Origin: Alphaproteobacteria bacterium
Lineage (GTDB): Bacteria; Pseudomonadota; Alphaproteobacteria; RF32; CAG-239
Length of the DNA stretch: 64,000 nt
Direction of reading: 5' to 3'
Assembly: GCA_045644765.1 (NCBI GenBank)
Contig: JAZRHM010000001.1
Span: 58,022-122,021, forward strand
The position numbers and the translations under genes were made by a program. Positions within the stretch are counted from its first letter, which is position 1. Every line of letters begins with the position of its first letter. The notes beneath the pieces are model-generated. The model searched no databases and was not told the DNA's origin. It worked only from the letters and a program-made list of their open reading frames with translations. Below are positions 25,893 through 35,485 of this stretch, piece by piece.

Positions 25893-27677
25893 TTAGTCTT
25901 TATCACTCTCTTGTATCAACATATCTCTTTCGGCTTTTAAATTAAGATAATGTTGATAATCCTCATCATCAGCCATATTATTTTCAAGCTTTATTTTGTA
26001 TTCGTTGATATCTTTGTTTAATTCTTTTATTTGAACAGCTATCATTAAACAGTCTATTTGGCGTTTGATATCATTAATACGAGGATTTTGAGATTTCAAC
26101 ATACCGATTTCCCATAAGGAACTGAGTTTATCATCAAAGCCGACTAACTTTAATTGTTCCAACAATTCTTTAGATAAAATTTCCGGATTTTCATGAAAAA
26201 TATCAATTACACGTTGCATCATATCATACAAATTAAATTTTGAGATATCAAACATTAAAATTTTTTCTTCAAAATCTCCAACCAATTCGGGGAAAAGTAT
26301 CATACCTGCCAAAATAAAGCGGATATCAATATCTGCTAGCACAGGCTTAATATTATGAACTTTTCTTTTATAATTATGTTGTCTTGCTGTATATGTTTTT
26401 AATGCACCCTTTCCGAAATTTTCATATATGCGTTTTTGCATTTCTTGCACATAATAGTTTCTGACTTTTTCATCACCTATTTTTGCCACCTCTTCCATAA
26501 GCGTTTTTTCAATTAAAGCTTTTTGTTCCGGAGTAGATGATGGTTTATCCTTAACATTTTTATCCCATAAAAGTTGCATCAATGGTGTGGTATGTTGCAT
26601 CAATGACAAAAATTCGTCCTTACCTTTAAGTTTTAAGAACTCATCCGGATCAAGTTTCTCAGGTAAAAACATAAACTTTAATGAGTAACCGGCTTTTAAT
26701 ATGGGTAAAGCCCTTTCAACTGAACGTAGCGCCGCTTTCTGCCCTGCATTATCTCCATCGAAACAAAGAATCGGCTCTGGCACAATTTTCCACGCCAGCT
26801 TGATTTGTTCTTCAGTTAAAGCCGTCCCCATAGGAGCTGCCGCATAACCGAAACCAAATCTATCCAACGCTATAACGTCCATATAACCTTCACATATAAG
26901 AAAATTTCTGGCCTTATATCCTTCGTCTTTAGCATAATTGATATTATAAAGAGTTCTTCTTTTGTTAAAAATAGGTGTTTCAGGAGAATTTAAATATTTC
27001 GGCTGCCCATCACCCATAATACGACCACCAAAAGCCACCACTCTAGACTTACTGTCAAGTATCGGGATTACAACTCTGTCTCTGAAAAAATCATGAGCCA
27101 ATCGATTTTGCGTATCAGAAGTAACTATCAAACCAAGCTCAGACATATCATGTTCGCTTACACCTTTAGATGCAAGATAAGCTTTCAGACCATTATTGTT
27201 CGGGGCATAACCTAAACGAAACTTTTTAATCAATTCATCATCAAGGCCACGCCCGTAAAAATATTCTAAACCATGAGCTCCAACAGGCATATACAGATTT
27301 TTTTCATAATATGCCGTTGCCAGCTCCATAACATCATACAGTGACTGTTGCTTTTCTTGTTCTGCAGTTTTTTCTTTTGAAAACTTTGGCATAGGTAATC
27401 CGGCTTTTCGGGATAATTTTTCCAAAGCATCTACAAACGGAAGATTATTCGCCTCCATTTCAAACTTTACGATATCGCCATGCGCTCCACACCCGAAACA
27501 GTGATAAAAACCTTTAACCTCATTTACGGTAAAAGACGGTGTTTTTTCGTTATGGAAAGGGCAAAGACCTAAATATTCACGACCTTTACGGGTGAGCTTT
27601 ACTTTTTCAGACACGACATCTGCAATAGAAACTCTATCCCTTAGCTCTTCTATAAATTTTTGTAAATTATTTTCCAT
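25893..27677 (-). CDS. dnaG: DNA primase DnaG
   Basis: CHC2 zinc finger CPFHNEKTPSFTVN...CFGCGAHGD. TOPRIM LICEGYMDVIAL. Confidence 0.9.
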   Translation of the reverse strand: MENNLQKFIEELRDRVSIADVVSEKVKLTRKGREYLGLCPFHNEKTPSFTVNEVKGFYHCFGCGAHGDIVKFEMEANNLPFVDALEKLSRKAGLPMPKFSKEKTAEQEKQQSLYDVMELATAYYEKNLYMPVGAHGLEYFYGRGLDDELIKKFRLGYAPNNNGLKAYLASKGVSEHDMSELGLIVTSDTQNRLAHDFFRDRVVIPILDSKSRVVAFGGRIMGDGQPKYLNSPETPIFNKRRTLYNINYAKDEGYKARNFLICEGYMDVIALDRFGFGYAAAPMGTALTEEQIKLAWKIVPEPILCFDGDNAGQKAALRSVERALPILKAGYSLKFMFLPEKLDPDEFLKLKGKDEFLSLMQHTTPLMQLLWDKNVKDKPSSTPEQKALIEKTLMEEVAKIGDEKVRNYYVQEMQKRIYENFGKGALKTYTARQHNYKRKVHNIKPVLADIDIRFILAGMILFPELVGDFEEKILMFDISKFNLYDMMQRVIDIFHENPEILSKELLEQLKLVGFDDKLSSLWEIGMLKSQNPRINDIKRQIDCLMIAVQIKELNKDINEYKIKLENNMADDEDYQHYLNLKAERDMLIQESDKD

Positions 27678-27692
27678 AACGCCAATACTTTT

Positions 27693-28163
27693 TTATGACA
27701 ACAAAGATTTAATCATACCCGATGCTTTACCAAAATCCATCTGTCCTGCATATTCATTTTTTAACGCAGCCATAACTTTTCCCATATCTTTTATAGATTG
27801 AGCACCAAGATTAGCGATTACAGATTTTATAACTTCGTTGACTTCATCATCACTTAATTGTTTTGGTAAAAAACGTTCAATAACTTCAATTTCGGCTTTT
27901 TCTTTTTCGGCCAACTCCGGTCTGTTTCCTTCAATATAAATCCTGACTGATTCGTTCCTTTGTTTAATCATCGTTTGCATCATAGACAAAAGCTCTGTAT
28001 CTTCAGCCTTTTCTTTTCCCTTTCCTCTTGCTTCCACATCTTTTTCTTTTAAGCCGGCAATAATCAAGCGAACAGCACCGACAACAGCCATATTTTTTTC
28101 CTTCATTGCTTCTTTTAAGGCGTTTTGCAAATCTTCTCTTAACATAATTTTCTCCTTATACAA
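27693..28163 (-). CDS. GatB/YqeY domain protein
   Basis: MLREDLQNALKEAMKEKN...RIYIEGNRPELAEKEKAEIEVIERFLP are YqeY family blocks. Sits upstream of dnaG as in Alphaproteobacteria. Confidence 0.8.
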   Translation of the reverse strand: MYKEKIMLREDLQNALKEAMKEKNMAVVGAVRLIIAGLKEKDVEARGKGKEKAEDTELLSMMQTMIKQRNESVRIYIEGNRPELAEKEKAEIEVIERFLPKQLSDDEVNEVIKSVIANLGAQSIKDMGKVMAALKNEYAGQMDFGKASGMIKSLLS

Positions 28164-28165
28164 CT

Positions 28166-28867
28166 TTAATTATCTTTTAATGTAACATGCACAGTCTTTA
28201 CGTATGGAGTAGGATTAGTAATATCAACATTAAACAAAATATTATAACCTGCTTCCAAGCGAGGCAAAGACAACTCTTTTTCTATACTCAACAATAAATT
28301 ACCTTTATTATCAAAGATATCTATTTTAACCGGAGGAAGTTTTATTACGTATTTTCCTTGATTAACAACCATCCCTCTTATTTCAATTCGTGAAATATTA
28401 TTTTCTATATATTCTCTGGTAGTGATATTTTTAATTTCTAAATCTGTTCCATATTGAACAGAAGATACATTAATTTTAGAATATAAATTCTCTGTTTGAG
28501 GTAATAGACGTACAATATCGTATCTAAAGACATAAAGCAACAACAAAAGTATTATTGCTACACACACCATCAAAACAATATTTATAGTATTGTGTTTTTT
28601 GCCGGCATCCTTTTTAGTCAAACACACATCTTCATTGACTGTTGCTTGTTTTATTTCTTCAGCAAACAAATCATCGGTTTCTTTAGAAATCTGCTTAAAC
28701 ATTTTCTGTATATTTTTTGGCGTGGTATTTACTTTCTTCAGAGCATCTTCCGGATATCCGATCCATATTTCAGAACATGCACTACAACGCATTTTTAATC
28801 CCTCATCAGAAATTAAATCATCAGGCAAATCATAAACTGAACGACATTTTGGGCACTTTATTAACAT
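28166..28867 (-). CDS. MJ0042-type zinc-ribbon membrane protein (DUF3426-like C-terminus)
   Basis: MLIKCPKCRSVYDLPDD...MRCSACSEIW zinc ribbon, one TM helix, C-terminal beta-rich domain. Confidence 0.55.
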   Translation of the reverse strand: MLIKCPKCRSVYDLPDDLISDEGLKMRCSACSEIWIGYPEDALKKVNTTPKNIQKMFKQISKETDDLFAEEIKQATVNEDVCLTKKDAGKKHNTINIVLMVCVAIILLLLLYVFRYDIVRLLPQTENLYSKINVSSVQYGTDLEIKNITTREYIENNISRIEIRGMVVNQGKYVIKLPPVKIDIFDNKGNLLLSIEKELSLPRLEAGYNILFNVDITNPTPYVKTVHVTLKDN

Positions 28868-29013
28868 ATTTCCTCTAGCTAAAAATCATCTTACATGCAT
28901 ACTTATTGTGTATTATGCACAAAAAAGCTTAAAATCCAAGAAAAAAGTGTTTTATTAAACATATAATTGTTATATCCTACATGCAATATAGTAAATTTAG
29001 CCTAGGAGGAATA

Positions 29014-29733
29014 ATGCCAATATCGAAAACATCTCAGTCTGATTCCATCATAGACATGACTAATGTTTGTATAAAATACGGGTCTAATCCGGAAGTTTTA
29101 ACTGATGTTAAACTTGAACTTAAAAAAGGCTCTTTTCACTTTTTAACCGGGAAAAGCGGTGCCGGTAAAACATCATTATTAAGCATGATGTATTTAGCCT
29201 TAAAACCAAGTAGCGGGACAGTAAGTATTTTTGGCACAAATATCGGTTTTGCCGACAGAAACACAATGGCAATGTTAAGACGGCGTATAGGTGTGGTTTT
29301 TCAAGATTTTAGACTTTTAGAACATTTATCCGCTTATGACAATGTTGCTATACCATTACGTTTAAGAGGTATGAATGAAAAAGAAATAAGCAAACGTGTA
29401 AAAGAGCTTTTACGCTGGGTTGAATTAGATAAAAGCATGAACAAAATTTGTTCAACACTTTCTGGTGGTGAAAAACAACGCATTGCCATTGCAAGAGCCG
29501 TTATTAATCGCCCCGATATTTTATTGGCAGATGAACCTACCGGAAACGTTGATGATGATATTGCTCAAAAATTAATGAAATTATTTATCGAACTGAATCG
29601 ATTAGGGACAACAGTAGTGATTGCCACACATAGTCAAAAATTGATAAATCAATACAATTATCCCAAAATTCACCTTGAGAATCAATCTCTTAAAATTTTT
29701 CCGGCAATAAGGAGAGTCAGTGATGAAAAATAA
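29014..29733 (+). CDS. ftsE: Cell-division ABC transporter ATP-binding protein FtsE
   Basis: Walker A GKSGAGKTS. ABC signature LSGGEKQRIAIARAV. Walker B ILLADEPTGN. RBS ggagg before ATG 29014 (track ORF starts at 28981). Confidence 0.8.
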   Translation: MPISKTSQSDSIIDMTNVCIKYGSNPEVLTDVKLELKKGSFHFLTGKSGAGKTSLLSMMYLALKPSSGTVSIFGTNIGFADRNTMAMLRRRIGVVFQDFRLLEHLSAYDNVAIPLRLRGMNEKEISKRVKELLRWVELDKSMNKICSTLSGGEKQRIAIARAVINRPDILLADEPTGNVDDDIAQKLMKLFIELNRLGTTVVIATHSQKLINQYNYPKIHLENQSLKIFPAIRRVSDEK

Positions 29734-30619
29734 AATTACCAAACATATTCAATCTGAACTACCGTTAAAAAAAGATGGCGCTAACTTATTTTTGGAAATA
29801 ATGACTACAATTTCCGTGTTTTTATTTACAATTACATTGTCAGGATTTTTTATGGTAAGCTCATTGGTTAACAATTGGGATAAAGGAATCGTCAACGGAT
29901 GGACCATACAAGTAATACCTGATGACACCTTTGAAAAAACGGAACTAAGAGTAAACAAAGTAATTAACTTTTTTGAAAATCATAATGAAATTGAAAAAGT
30001 AAGGCTTGTTAACGACAAACAAATAAATAAACTCATGGCGCCTTGGCTCGGAACTGACATTAACATAAACGATCTTCCAGTACCTAAATTAATTGAAGTT
30101 CGTGCAAAAAAAGGGCATAATACAGATTTTGATAAAATATCCCAAGAACTATCAGAAATAGCTCCGTATACTACGACAAACTCTCATCAATTGTGGCTTA
30201 AAAAATTGATTAATTTTGCACAATCTGTTAAAATTTTAGCATTAAGTGTTTTATTAACTGTATTAACTATCAGTTCTTTTAGTATTTTCTATGCTACAAA
30301 AACAAGTTTGGGAATCCATCAAAATATTATAGAAATTTTACATATTATGGGAGCTACCGATGATTATATCGCCAAACAATATGCTCGTCGTAGCTTTTTC
30401 ATAGGTTTATTTTCGGGAATTATAGGAACACTGCTGGGAGCTGCCGGATTATGGTTTGTATCAAGTTTTGCCACATATCTAAAAGGTGGAATTTTTGATA
30501 AAGCGGCTCTTGACTTATCTGCAATTTTATGTATTAGTTCAACTCCTATGATAACGGCCATAATTTCAATGTGTACAGCTTACATTACAGTAAGAAAAAC
30601 TTTAGGAAAGATAATGTAA
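29720..30619 (+). CDS. ftsX: Cell-division permease FtsX
   Basis: Four TM segments with a periplasmic loop. Directly after and overlapping ftsE. Confidence 0.7.
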   Translation: MMKNKITKHIQSELPLKKDGANLFLEIMTTISVFLFTITLSGFFMVSSLVNNWDKGIVNGWTIQVIPDDTFEKTELRVNKVINFFENHNEIEKVRLVNDKQINKLMAPWLGTDININDLPVPKLIEVRAKKGHNTDFDKISQELSEIAPYTTTNSHQLWLKKLINFAQSVKILALSVLLTVLTISSFSIFYATKTSLGIHQNIIEILHIMGATDDYIAKQYARRSFFIGLFSGIIGTLLGAAGLWFVSSFATYLKGGIFDKAALDLSAILCISSTPMITAIISMCTAYITVRKTLGKIM

Positions 30620-31213
30620 ATGAAACGCTTAAAATTTTTCATATTAATATCTATTTTTTCTGTAATAATGTTTTGGATGGGTGGATTTATAATTTTTGAT
30701 ACTTACATCAAAAAATCACAAAACAACACTGCAAAAACCGACGCTATTGTCGTATTAACCGGTGGGAAAAATCGCATTGCCGAAGCTTTAAGACTTTTCA
30801 ATGAAGACATGGCTGAATTTTTGATTATATCAGGTGTAAATGATAAAGTATCAATTAAAGAGCTGCAAGCTCAAAACAAGACCTTAATTATGAAAAATCA
30901 GGAAAGAATAATTATAGGAAGAGAAGCCGCTAATACCAACCAAAACGCCATTGAGGTCAGCGACGCAATAAGACGAAATAACGTCCGCACAGTTCGCTTG
31001 GTTACATCTTACTATCACATGCCTCGTAGCAAAGAAGAAATTTTAGCTCATAATCCTGATATGGAAATTATTATACATCCTGTATATTCTCAAAATGTTT
31101 CTTCTAAATGGTGGAAAAAATGGAACAGCTTTAAGCTTATTGCTTCTGAATATAACAAATTTGTATTTGTTTATATAAAATATTTTATTATACGATTGAC
31201 TGAAAGGAACTAA
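30620..31213 (+). CDS. DUF218 (YdcF/SanA/ElyC-like) domain protein
   Basis: N-terminal TM segment. AIVVLTGGKNRI...LVTSYYHMPRS. Confidence 0.55.
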   Translation: MKRLKFFILISIFSVIMFWMGGFIIFDTYIKKSQNNTAKTDAIVVLTGGKNRIAEALRLFNEDMAEFLIISGVNDKVSIKELQAQNKTLIMKNQERIIIGREAANTNQNAIEVSDAIRRNNVRTVRLVTSYYHMPRSKEEILAHNPDMEIIIHPVYSQNVSSKWWKKWNSFKLIASEYNKFVFVYIKYFIIRLTERN

Positions 31214-31214
31214 G

Positions 31215-31970
31215 ATGATTTATATTCGTTCATTATTTGCAAATATCTTTTTCTTTGCAACACTGGGTTTAGGATGTTTATTTTGCCCTTTAGTTGCATT
31301 GTTACCCCAAAAATGCACATTGTTTTACTGGGATAAAATTGTAATGCCGTCATGCCTTTTCTTTGTGAAAATTTTTGCCGGACTTAAATTAGAATTTAGA
31401 GGAAAAGAACATATATTAAAAGAACCGGCTTTATATGCTTGCAAACACGAATCTGCTCTTGAAACTTATTCTTTCACACAAGCAGTTCCATGCACAAGCT
31501 ATGTTTTGAAAAAAGAACTTACATATATTCCTCTTTTCGGTTGGGCCCAATATTTTTACGGGATGGTACCTGTTGATCGCAAAGGTGGTGCAACAGCCAT
31601 GAAAAACATGTTAAAAGAGGTTAAAAAACGTGTTAATAACAATCGTCCTGTTATTATTTTCCCCGAAGGCACTCGTTGTAAACCGGGAACTACCAAAGGT
31701 TATAAATCAGGTTTTTTATTTGTAGCAGAAAATTTAAATCTAAAAGTAATTCCTGTTGCCATCAACACAGGCTTGTTTTGGGCTAAAAGCTCATTTTTAA
31801 GATATCCCGGAACAGCTGTTTTTGAGTTTTTAGAGCCTATGGAAATTAATAAAAATACAGATAAAAAAGAATTTATGAAAGAGCTTGAAAAACGTATAGA
31901 AGATAAATGTGCTGAGCTTAACAAAGAAGCTATAGAAAAATATCCTTGGGTCAAGAAAAACTTAGGTTAA
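31215..31970 (+). CDS. plsC: 1-acyl-sn-glycerol-3-phosphate acyltransferase PlsC
   Basis: Acyltransferase motifs CKHESALETY (HX4D-type block), FPEGTRC, PVAINTG. Confidence 0.75.
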   Translation: MIYIRSLFANIFFFATLGLGCLFCPLVALLPQKCTLFYWDKIVMPSCLFFVKIFAGLKLEFRGKEHILKEPALYACKHESALETYSFTQAVPCTSYVLKKELTYIPLFGWAQYFYGMVPVDRKGGATAMKNMLKEVKKRVNNNRPVIIFPEGTRCKPGTTKGYKSGFLFVAENLNLKVIPVAINTGLFWAKSSFLRYPGTAVFEFLEPMEINKNTDKKEFMKELEKRIEDKCAELNKEAIEKYPWVKKNLG

Positions 31971-32102
31971 CAAATTCCCCTTACTTTTTTTTCAATCAGT
32001 AAGGGGAGAACTCTTTAGAAAAATTACAAAGTTACAAAAGTAGTTGATTTAAACGCTAAGTTATAGTATCTATCCTACGAATGATGAGTACAGATAATTA
32101 AA

Positions 32103-33212
32103 ATGACTAATAAACTTGTAAAAATATTGTGCTTTTTTACGCTTTTTTATGCTCAAATATGCACAGCAGAAATCAGGATTGCTATTGTTGTTCCTAAAAC
32201 CGGAGAATACAAGGTTTGGGGCGACGAGATTATATTTGGTGCTCAAACAGCAATAGATGAAATAAATCAAAAAGGTGGTATAAAAGGGAAAAAGTTGGAA
32301 CTCACAAGCATTGATGATACGTGTAGTGAAAACCTTGCGATATCAACTGCGCAAATGTTATCTGTATCTTCTTCAATCAAGCCGTCTCTTGTTATCGGGC
32401 CCTATTGTTCAAACAGTTTCAGTGAAGTAGCAAAAATATATTCAAAAGCAAAAATTTTTCAAATTGTGCCGTCCACCCTTAATTATCATGACACATCATT
32501 AAAATACAAAGGTGTGATGAAATTAGTAAGTTTTAAGGAACAAATGGGAAAAGATTTTTTTGCATTTTATAATACAAAATATGCCGGATTTAAAACTGCT
32601 TTAATATATGACAACAAAACAGATGGAACCAAAGAAGTTATACATGCCATAGTTGATGAGTTTCGCAAACACGGAAAAAATTCTTTGCTAAAACAATATG
32701 ATTTATATAATTATAAAAACTTAGATAGTTTAGCATCAGAAATAGCATCTTCTGAATATAAAATCGTCTATTTAGCTGGATCCCCTAAAAAAAATGCAAA
32801 AATAATTAAAAAAGTCTCTTTAATAAACTCTGATAAAATATTTATCACATCTAAATACACTGCGACAGATACTTTTTTTGAAAACGCATCAGGATATTTA
32901 GATAATGTATATTTTATGGCATTACCATCTTTTGAAAACAGACCTGAGTTTACCGAACATTTAGTAAATTTAAGATTACGAGGTATCGAATTTGACGGCC
33001 TAAACATATATGGCTATGCTGCTGTTAAAATGTGGACAGATCTGGTAAAAGATACAGGATCTTTATCATATGACAAATTGGCAAATTCCATACAAACTAA
33101 AAAAACGAGCAATGTTTGGAAAAACTCTTTCTTTAACAATACAAGTTCAAAAAATCCACTTCATTACATGTTTTATCAATATAAAAACGGAGAATTTATA
33201 CTTAGCGAATAA
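32103..33212 (+). CDS. ABC transporter periplasmic substrate-binding protein, LivK/branched-chain amino acid type
   Basis: Signal peptide. [44 protein letters not shown] is typical of Peripla_BP_6. Confidence 0.65.
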   Translation: MTNKLVKILCFFTLFYAQICTAEIRIAIVVPKTGEYKVWGDEIIFGAQTAIDEINQKGGIKGKKLELTSIDDTCSENLAISTAQMLSVSSSIKPSLVIGPYCSNSFSEVAKIYSKAKIFQIVPSTLNYHDTSLKYKGVMKLVSFKEQMGKDFFAFYNTKYAGFKTALIYDNKTDGTKEVIHAIVDEFRKHGKNSLLKQYDLYNYKNLDSLASEIASSEYKIVYLAGSPKKNAKIIKKVSLINSDKIFITSKYTATDTFFENASGYLDNVYFMALPSFENRPEFTEHLVNLRLRGIEFDGLNIYGYAAVKMWTDLVKDTGSLSYDKLANSIQTKKTSNVWKNSFFNNTSSKNPLHYMFYQYKNGEFILSE

Positions 33213-33304
33213 GCTATTATGTGCATAATCAAGTTTATGCTTTAATATTTTTTGATTTGAGTCTATATTGCATATCAGTAGATAATTTTTTAAGGAAAAA
33301 TAAA

Positions 33305-33760
33305 ATGGCAGGAAGTATAAATAAAGTTATATTAGTCGGAAATCTTGGAGCAGATCCTCGTATCAGCAACACACAAAATGGCTCAAAAATAGTAAACTTA
33401 AGTATTGCGACAAGTGAAAGTTGGAAAGACAAACTTTCAGGCGAACGTAAAGAACGTACTGAGTGGCATCGTGTTGTTATCTACAATCCACAATTAGCTG
33501 AAACTGCAGAAAGATATTTACATAAAGGTTCAAAAGTTTATATTGAAGGGCAGTTACAAACTCGTAAATGGGAAGATAACAACGGACAAGAAAAATATAC
33601 AACCGAAATTGTGTTACAAAACTTCAATGGTGTCATGGTCATGCTTGATGGTCGCGCCGAAGGTGTTCCGACAGGCGGCAATGAAGTATTTTCCGCTCCT
33701 TCATCAGGTTGGGATAGCGGTTCAAGTGCTTCTGCTATTGATGATGATATCCCGTTTTAG
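33305..33760 (+). CDS. ssb: Single-stranded DNA-binding protein
   Basis: [19 protein letters not shown]...[11 protein letters not shown] fold. Gly/Ser-rich tail ending DDDIPF. RBS aagga. Track ORF 33221 is the same frame with an upstream Met. Confidence 0.9.
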   Translation: MAGSINKVILVGNLGADPRISNTQNGSKIVNLSIATSESWKDKLSGERKERTEWHRVVIYNPQLAETAERYLHKGSKVYIEGQLQTRKWEDNNGQEKYTTEIVLQNFNGVMVMLDGRAEGVPTGGNEVFSAPSSGWDSGSSASAIDDDIPF

Positions 33761-33773
33761 TTAATTGTCTTCA

Positions 33774-33805
33774 GGGTGAGAAAAATCTCACCCTTTATTT
33801 TTTTA
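33774..33805 (+). terminator. Rho-independent terminator after ssb
   Basis: gggtgag-aaaaat-ctcaccc followed by TTTATTTTTTT. Confidence 0.65.
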
Positions 33806-33832
33806 TACTTTAATGCATTTTATGATTAAAAC

Positions 33833-33860
33833 TTGCAAAATATGAAAAAACTTTTATAAT
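33833..33860 (+). promoter_or_regulatory. Sigma70-like promoter TTGCAA-N16-TATAAT for pilin-like gene 1
   Basis: ttgcaa at 33833..33838 and tataat at 33855..33860, about 30 nt before GTG 33890. Confidence 0.4.
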
Positions 33861-33889
33861 ATCTTTGTGATATATTTCGGAGGATATAA

Positions 33890-34519
33890 GTGCAGTTGAT
33901 TAAAAACAATCAAACAGGACGTTCAATGATAGAAATGCTTGGAGTTTTAGCCATTGTTGGCGTCTTGAGCGTCGGATCAATTGCCGGTTATTCCAAAGCA
34001 ATGCTGAAATACAAACTAAATAATCATGCTCAAGCGATAAATTCATTACTTAATAATTTACTGCAAATAAAAGATAGCTTACCGACATCCAATGAAACAA
34101 CATTATATTACGCTGACTTACTGAGAAAATTGAACTTATTACCTGATGGCATAACATATGTTTCCTCAACAACAATAAAAGATAAATATTTTAATATAAA
34201 CATGTCACCTTTATATTACACAAACAAAGTTGATGGTTTCGGTGAAATAGAAATTTATTTTGGAGCAAACGCTGATCACTTAGCAGATGTTTGTCGGAAC
34301 ATTATGTTTGCAGCAAAAGAAAATGCGGCTAACATATCTAACGTTCAAGTTTTGCGTAGCGGAGGCACAGCAAACACCACCAGATCCAAAATATACGGCG
34401 ATAAAGATTGCAACGGGAAAGATAAAAAATGCTTATCTTCAATCACTTTACAAGATACGGAAACATTCTGCTTAGGTTGTGTCAATTACACTAATTGCAA
34501 AATAGCAATTATTTGGTAA
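33890..34519 (+). CDS. Type IV pilin-like / pseudopilin-like protein, paralog 1 (GTG start)
   Basis: RBS ggagga. Leader VQLIKNNQTG then RSMIEMLGVLAIVGVLSVGSIAGYSKAM (Glu at +5, about 20 hydrophobic residues; compare G|FTLIELLVVLAIIGIL). Cys-rich C-terminus CNGKDKKC...CLGCVNYTNC. Confidence 0.6.
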   Translation: MQLIKNNQTGRSMIEMLGVLAIVGVLSVGSIAGYSKAMLKYKLNNHAQAINSLLNNLLQIKDSLPTSNETTLYYADLLRKLNLLPDGITYVSSTTIKDKYFNINMSPLYYTNKVDGFGEIEIYFGANADHLADVCRNIMFAAKENAANISNVQVLRSGGTANTTRSKIYGDKDCNGKDKKCLSSITLQDTETFCLGCVNYTNCKIAIIW

Positions 34520-34531
34520 ATACCTCTAAAC

Positions 34532-35440
34532 CTACAAAACATATCCTTTTTCAAAATTAAAACCACGCAAAAGCTCATCAATTGACATAGTTTTTTTACC
34601 TTGTCTCTGTATCTGTTTAACACATAATGATTTATCTGCACAACCTATTATCAAAGATTTCTCACCTTCAATAATTTCGCCTTGTTTGGCTCTAATGTCT
34701 GCAATTGAAACTTCTAAAACTTTAAATCTTTCATTTTTATATTCAAAAAACATTGCCGGGAATGGATTAAACGCCCTAATTTTGCGTTCTAAAACATCTG
34801 CATTTATATTAAAGTTTATTTTACATTCCTCTTTATCTAATTTTGAAGCATATGTAACCAAGCTTTCATCTTGAACTTCAGGTACTATATTATCAAAATT
34901 GATTAAAACATCGCTTATTAAATTTGCACCAATTTCAGCTAACTTATCGTGCAACTGTCCTCCTGTTGTAGAAGCACTTATTTCAACCTCTCCTTTTTTA
35001 TACATAGCACCGGCATCTAACGCTTCAACAACTTGCATAATTGTTACACCACTTTTATCATCGCCAAGCTCTATACTACGTTGAATTGGGGCTGCCCCTC
35101 TCCATCTGGGCAATAAAGACGCATGCACATTGACACATCCCTTCGGAAAAGCTTCGATTATAGCTTTAGGCAAAATCAAACCATAGGCTGCCACAACTGA
35201 AATATCAGCTTCAAGTGCACAAAAATCTTTAACATCAATTTCGTTTTTAAAATTTTTAGGTGTTCTGACTTCAATGCCATGCTTTTCTGCCAGCACGTGT
35301 ATCGGTGTCTTGGTAATTTTATTTCCTCTGCCTGCAACTTTAGGCTCTTTAGTATAAACACAGATAACTTCATGTTCTTTAATAAGCCTTTCTAAAACCG
35401 GAACAGCAAAATCCGGAGTTCCCATAAAAACTATTTTCAT
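34532..35440 (-). CDS. fmt: Methionyl-tRNA formyltransferase
   Basis: MKIVFMGTPDFAVPVLERL, HASLLPRWRGAAPIQRSI. Confidence 0.9.
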   Translation of the reverse strand: MKIVFMGTPDFAVPVLERLIKEHEVICVYTKEPKVAGRGNKITKTPIHVLAEKHGIEVRTPKNFKNEIDVKDFCALEADISVVAAYGLILPKAIIEAFPKGCVNVHASLLPRWRGAAPIQRSIELGDDKSGVTIMQVVEALDAGAMYKKGEVEISASTTGGQLHDKLAEIGANLISDVLINFDNIVPEVQDESLVTYASKLDKEECKINFNINADVLERKIRAFNPFPAMFFEYKNERFKVLEVSIADIRAKQGEIIEGEKSLIIGCADKSLCVKQIQRQGKKTMSIDELLRGFNFEKGYVL

Positions 35441-35485
35441 CTTATATCCTTAAAGTAAAAGCCGCTATAAAAGCGGCTATATTTA

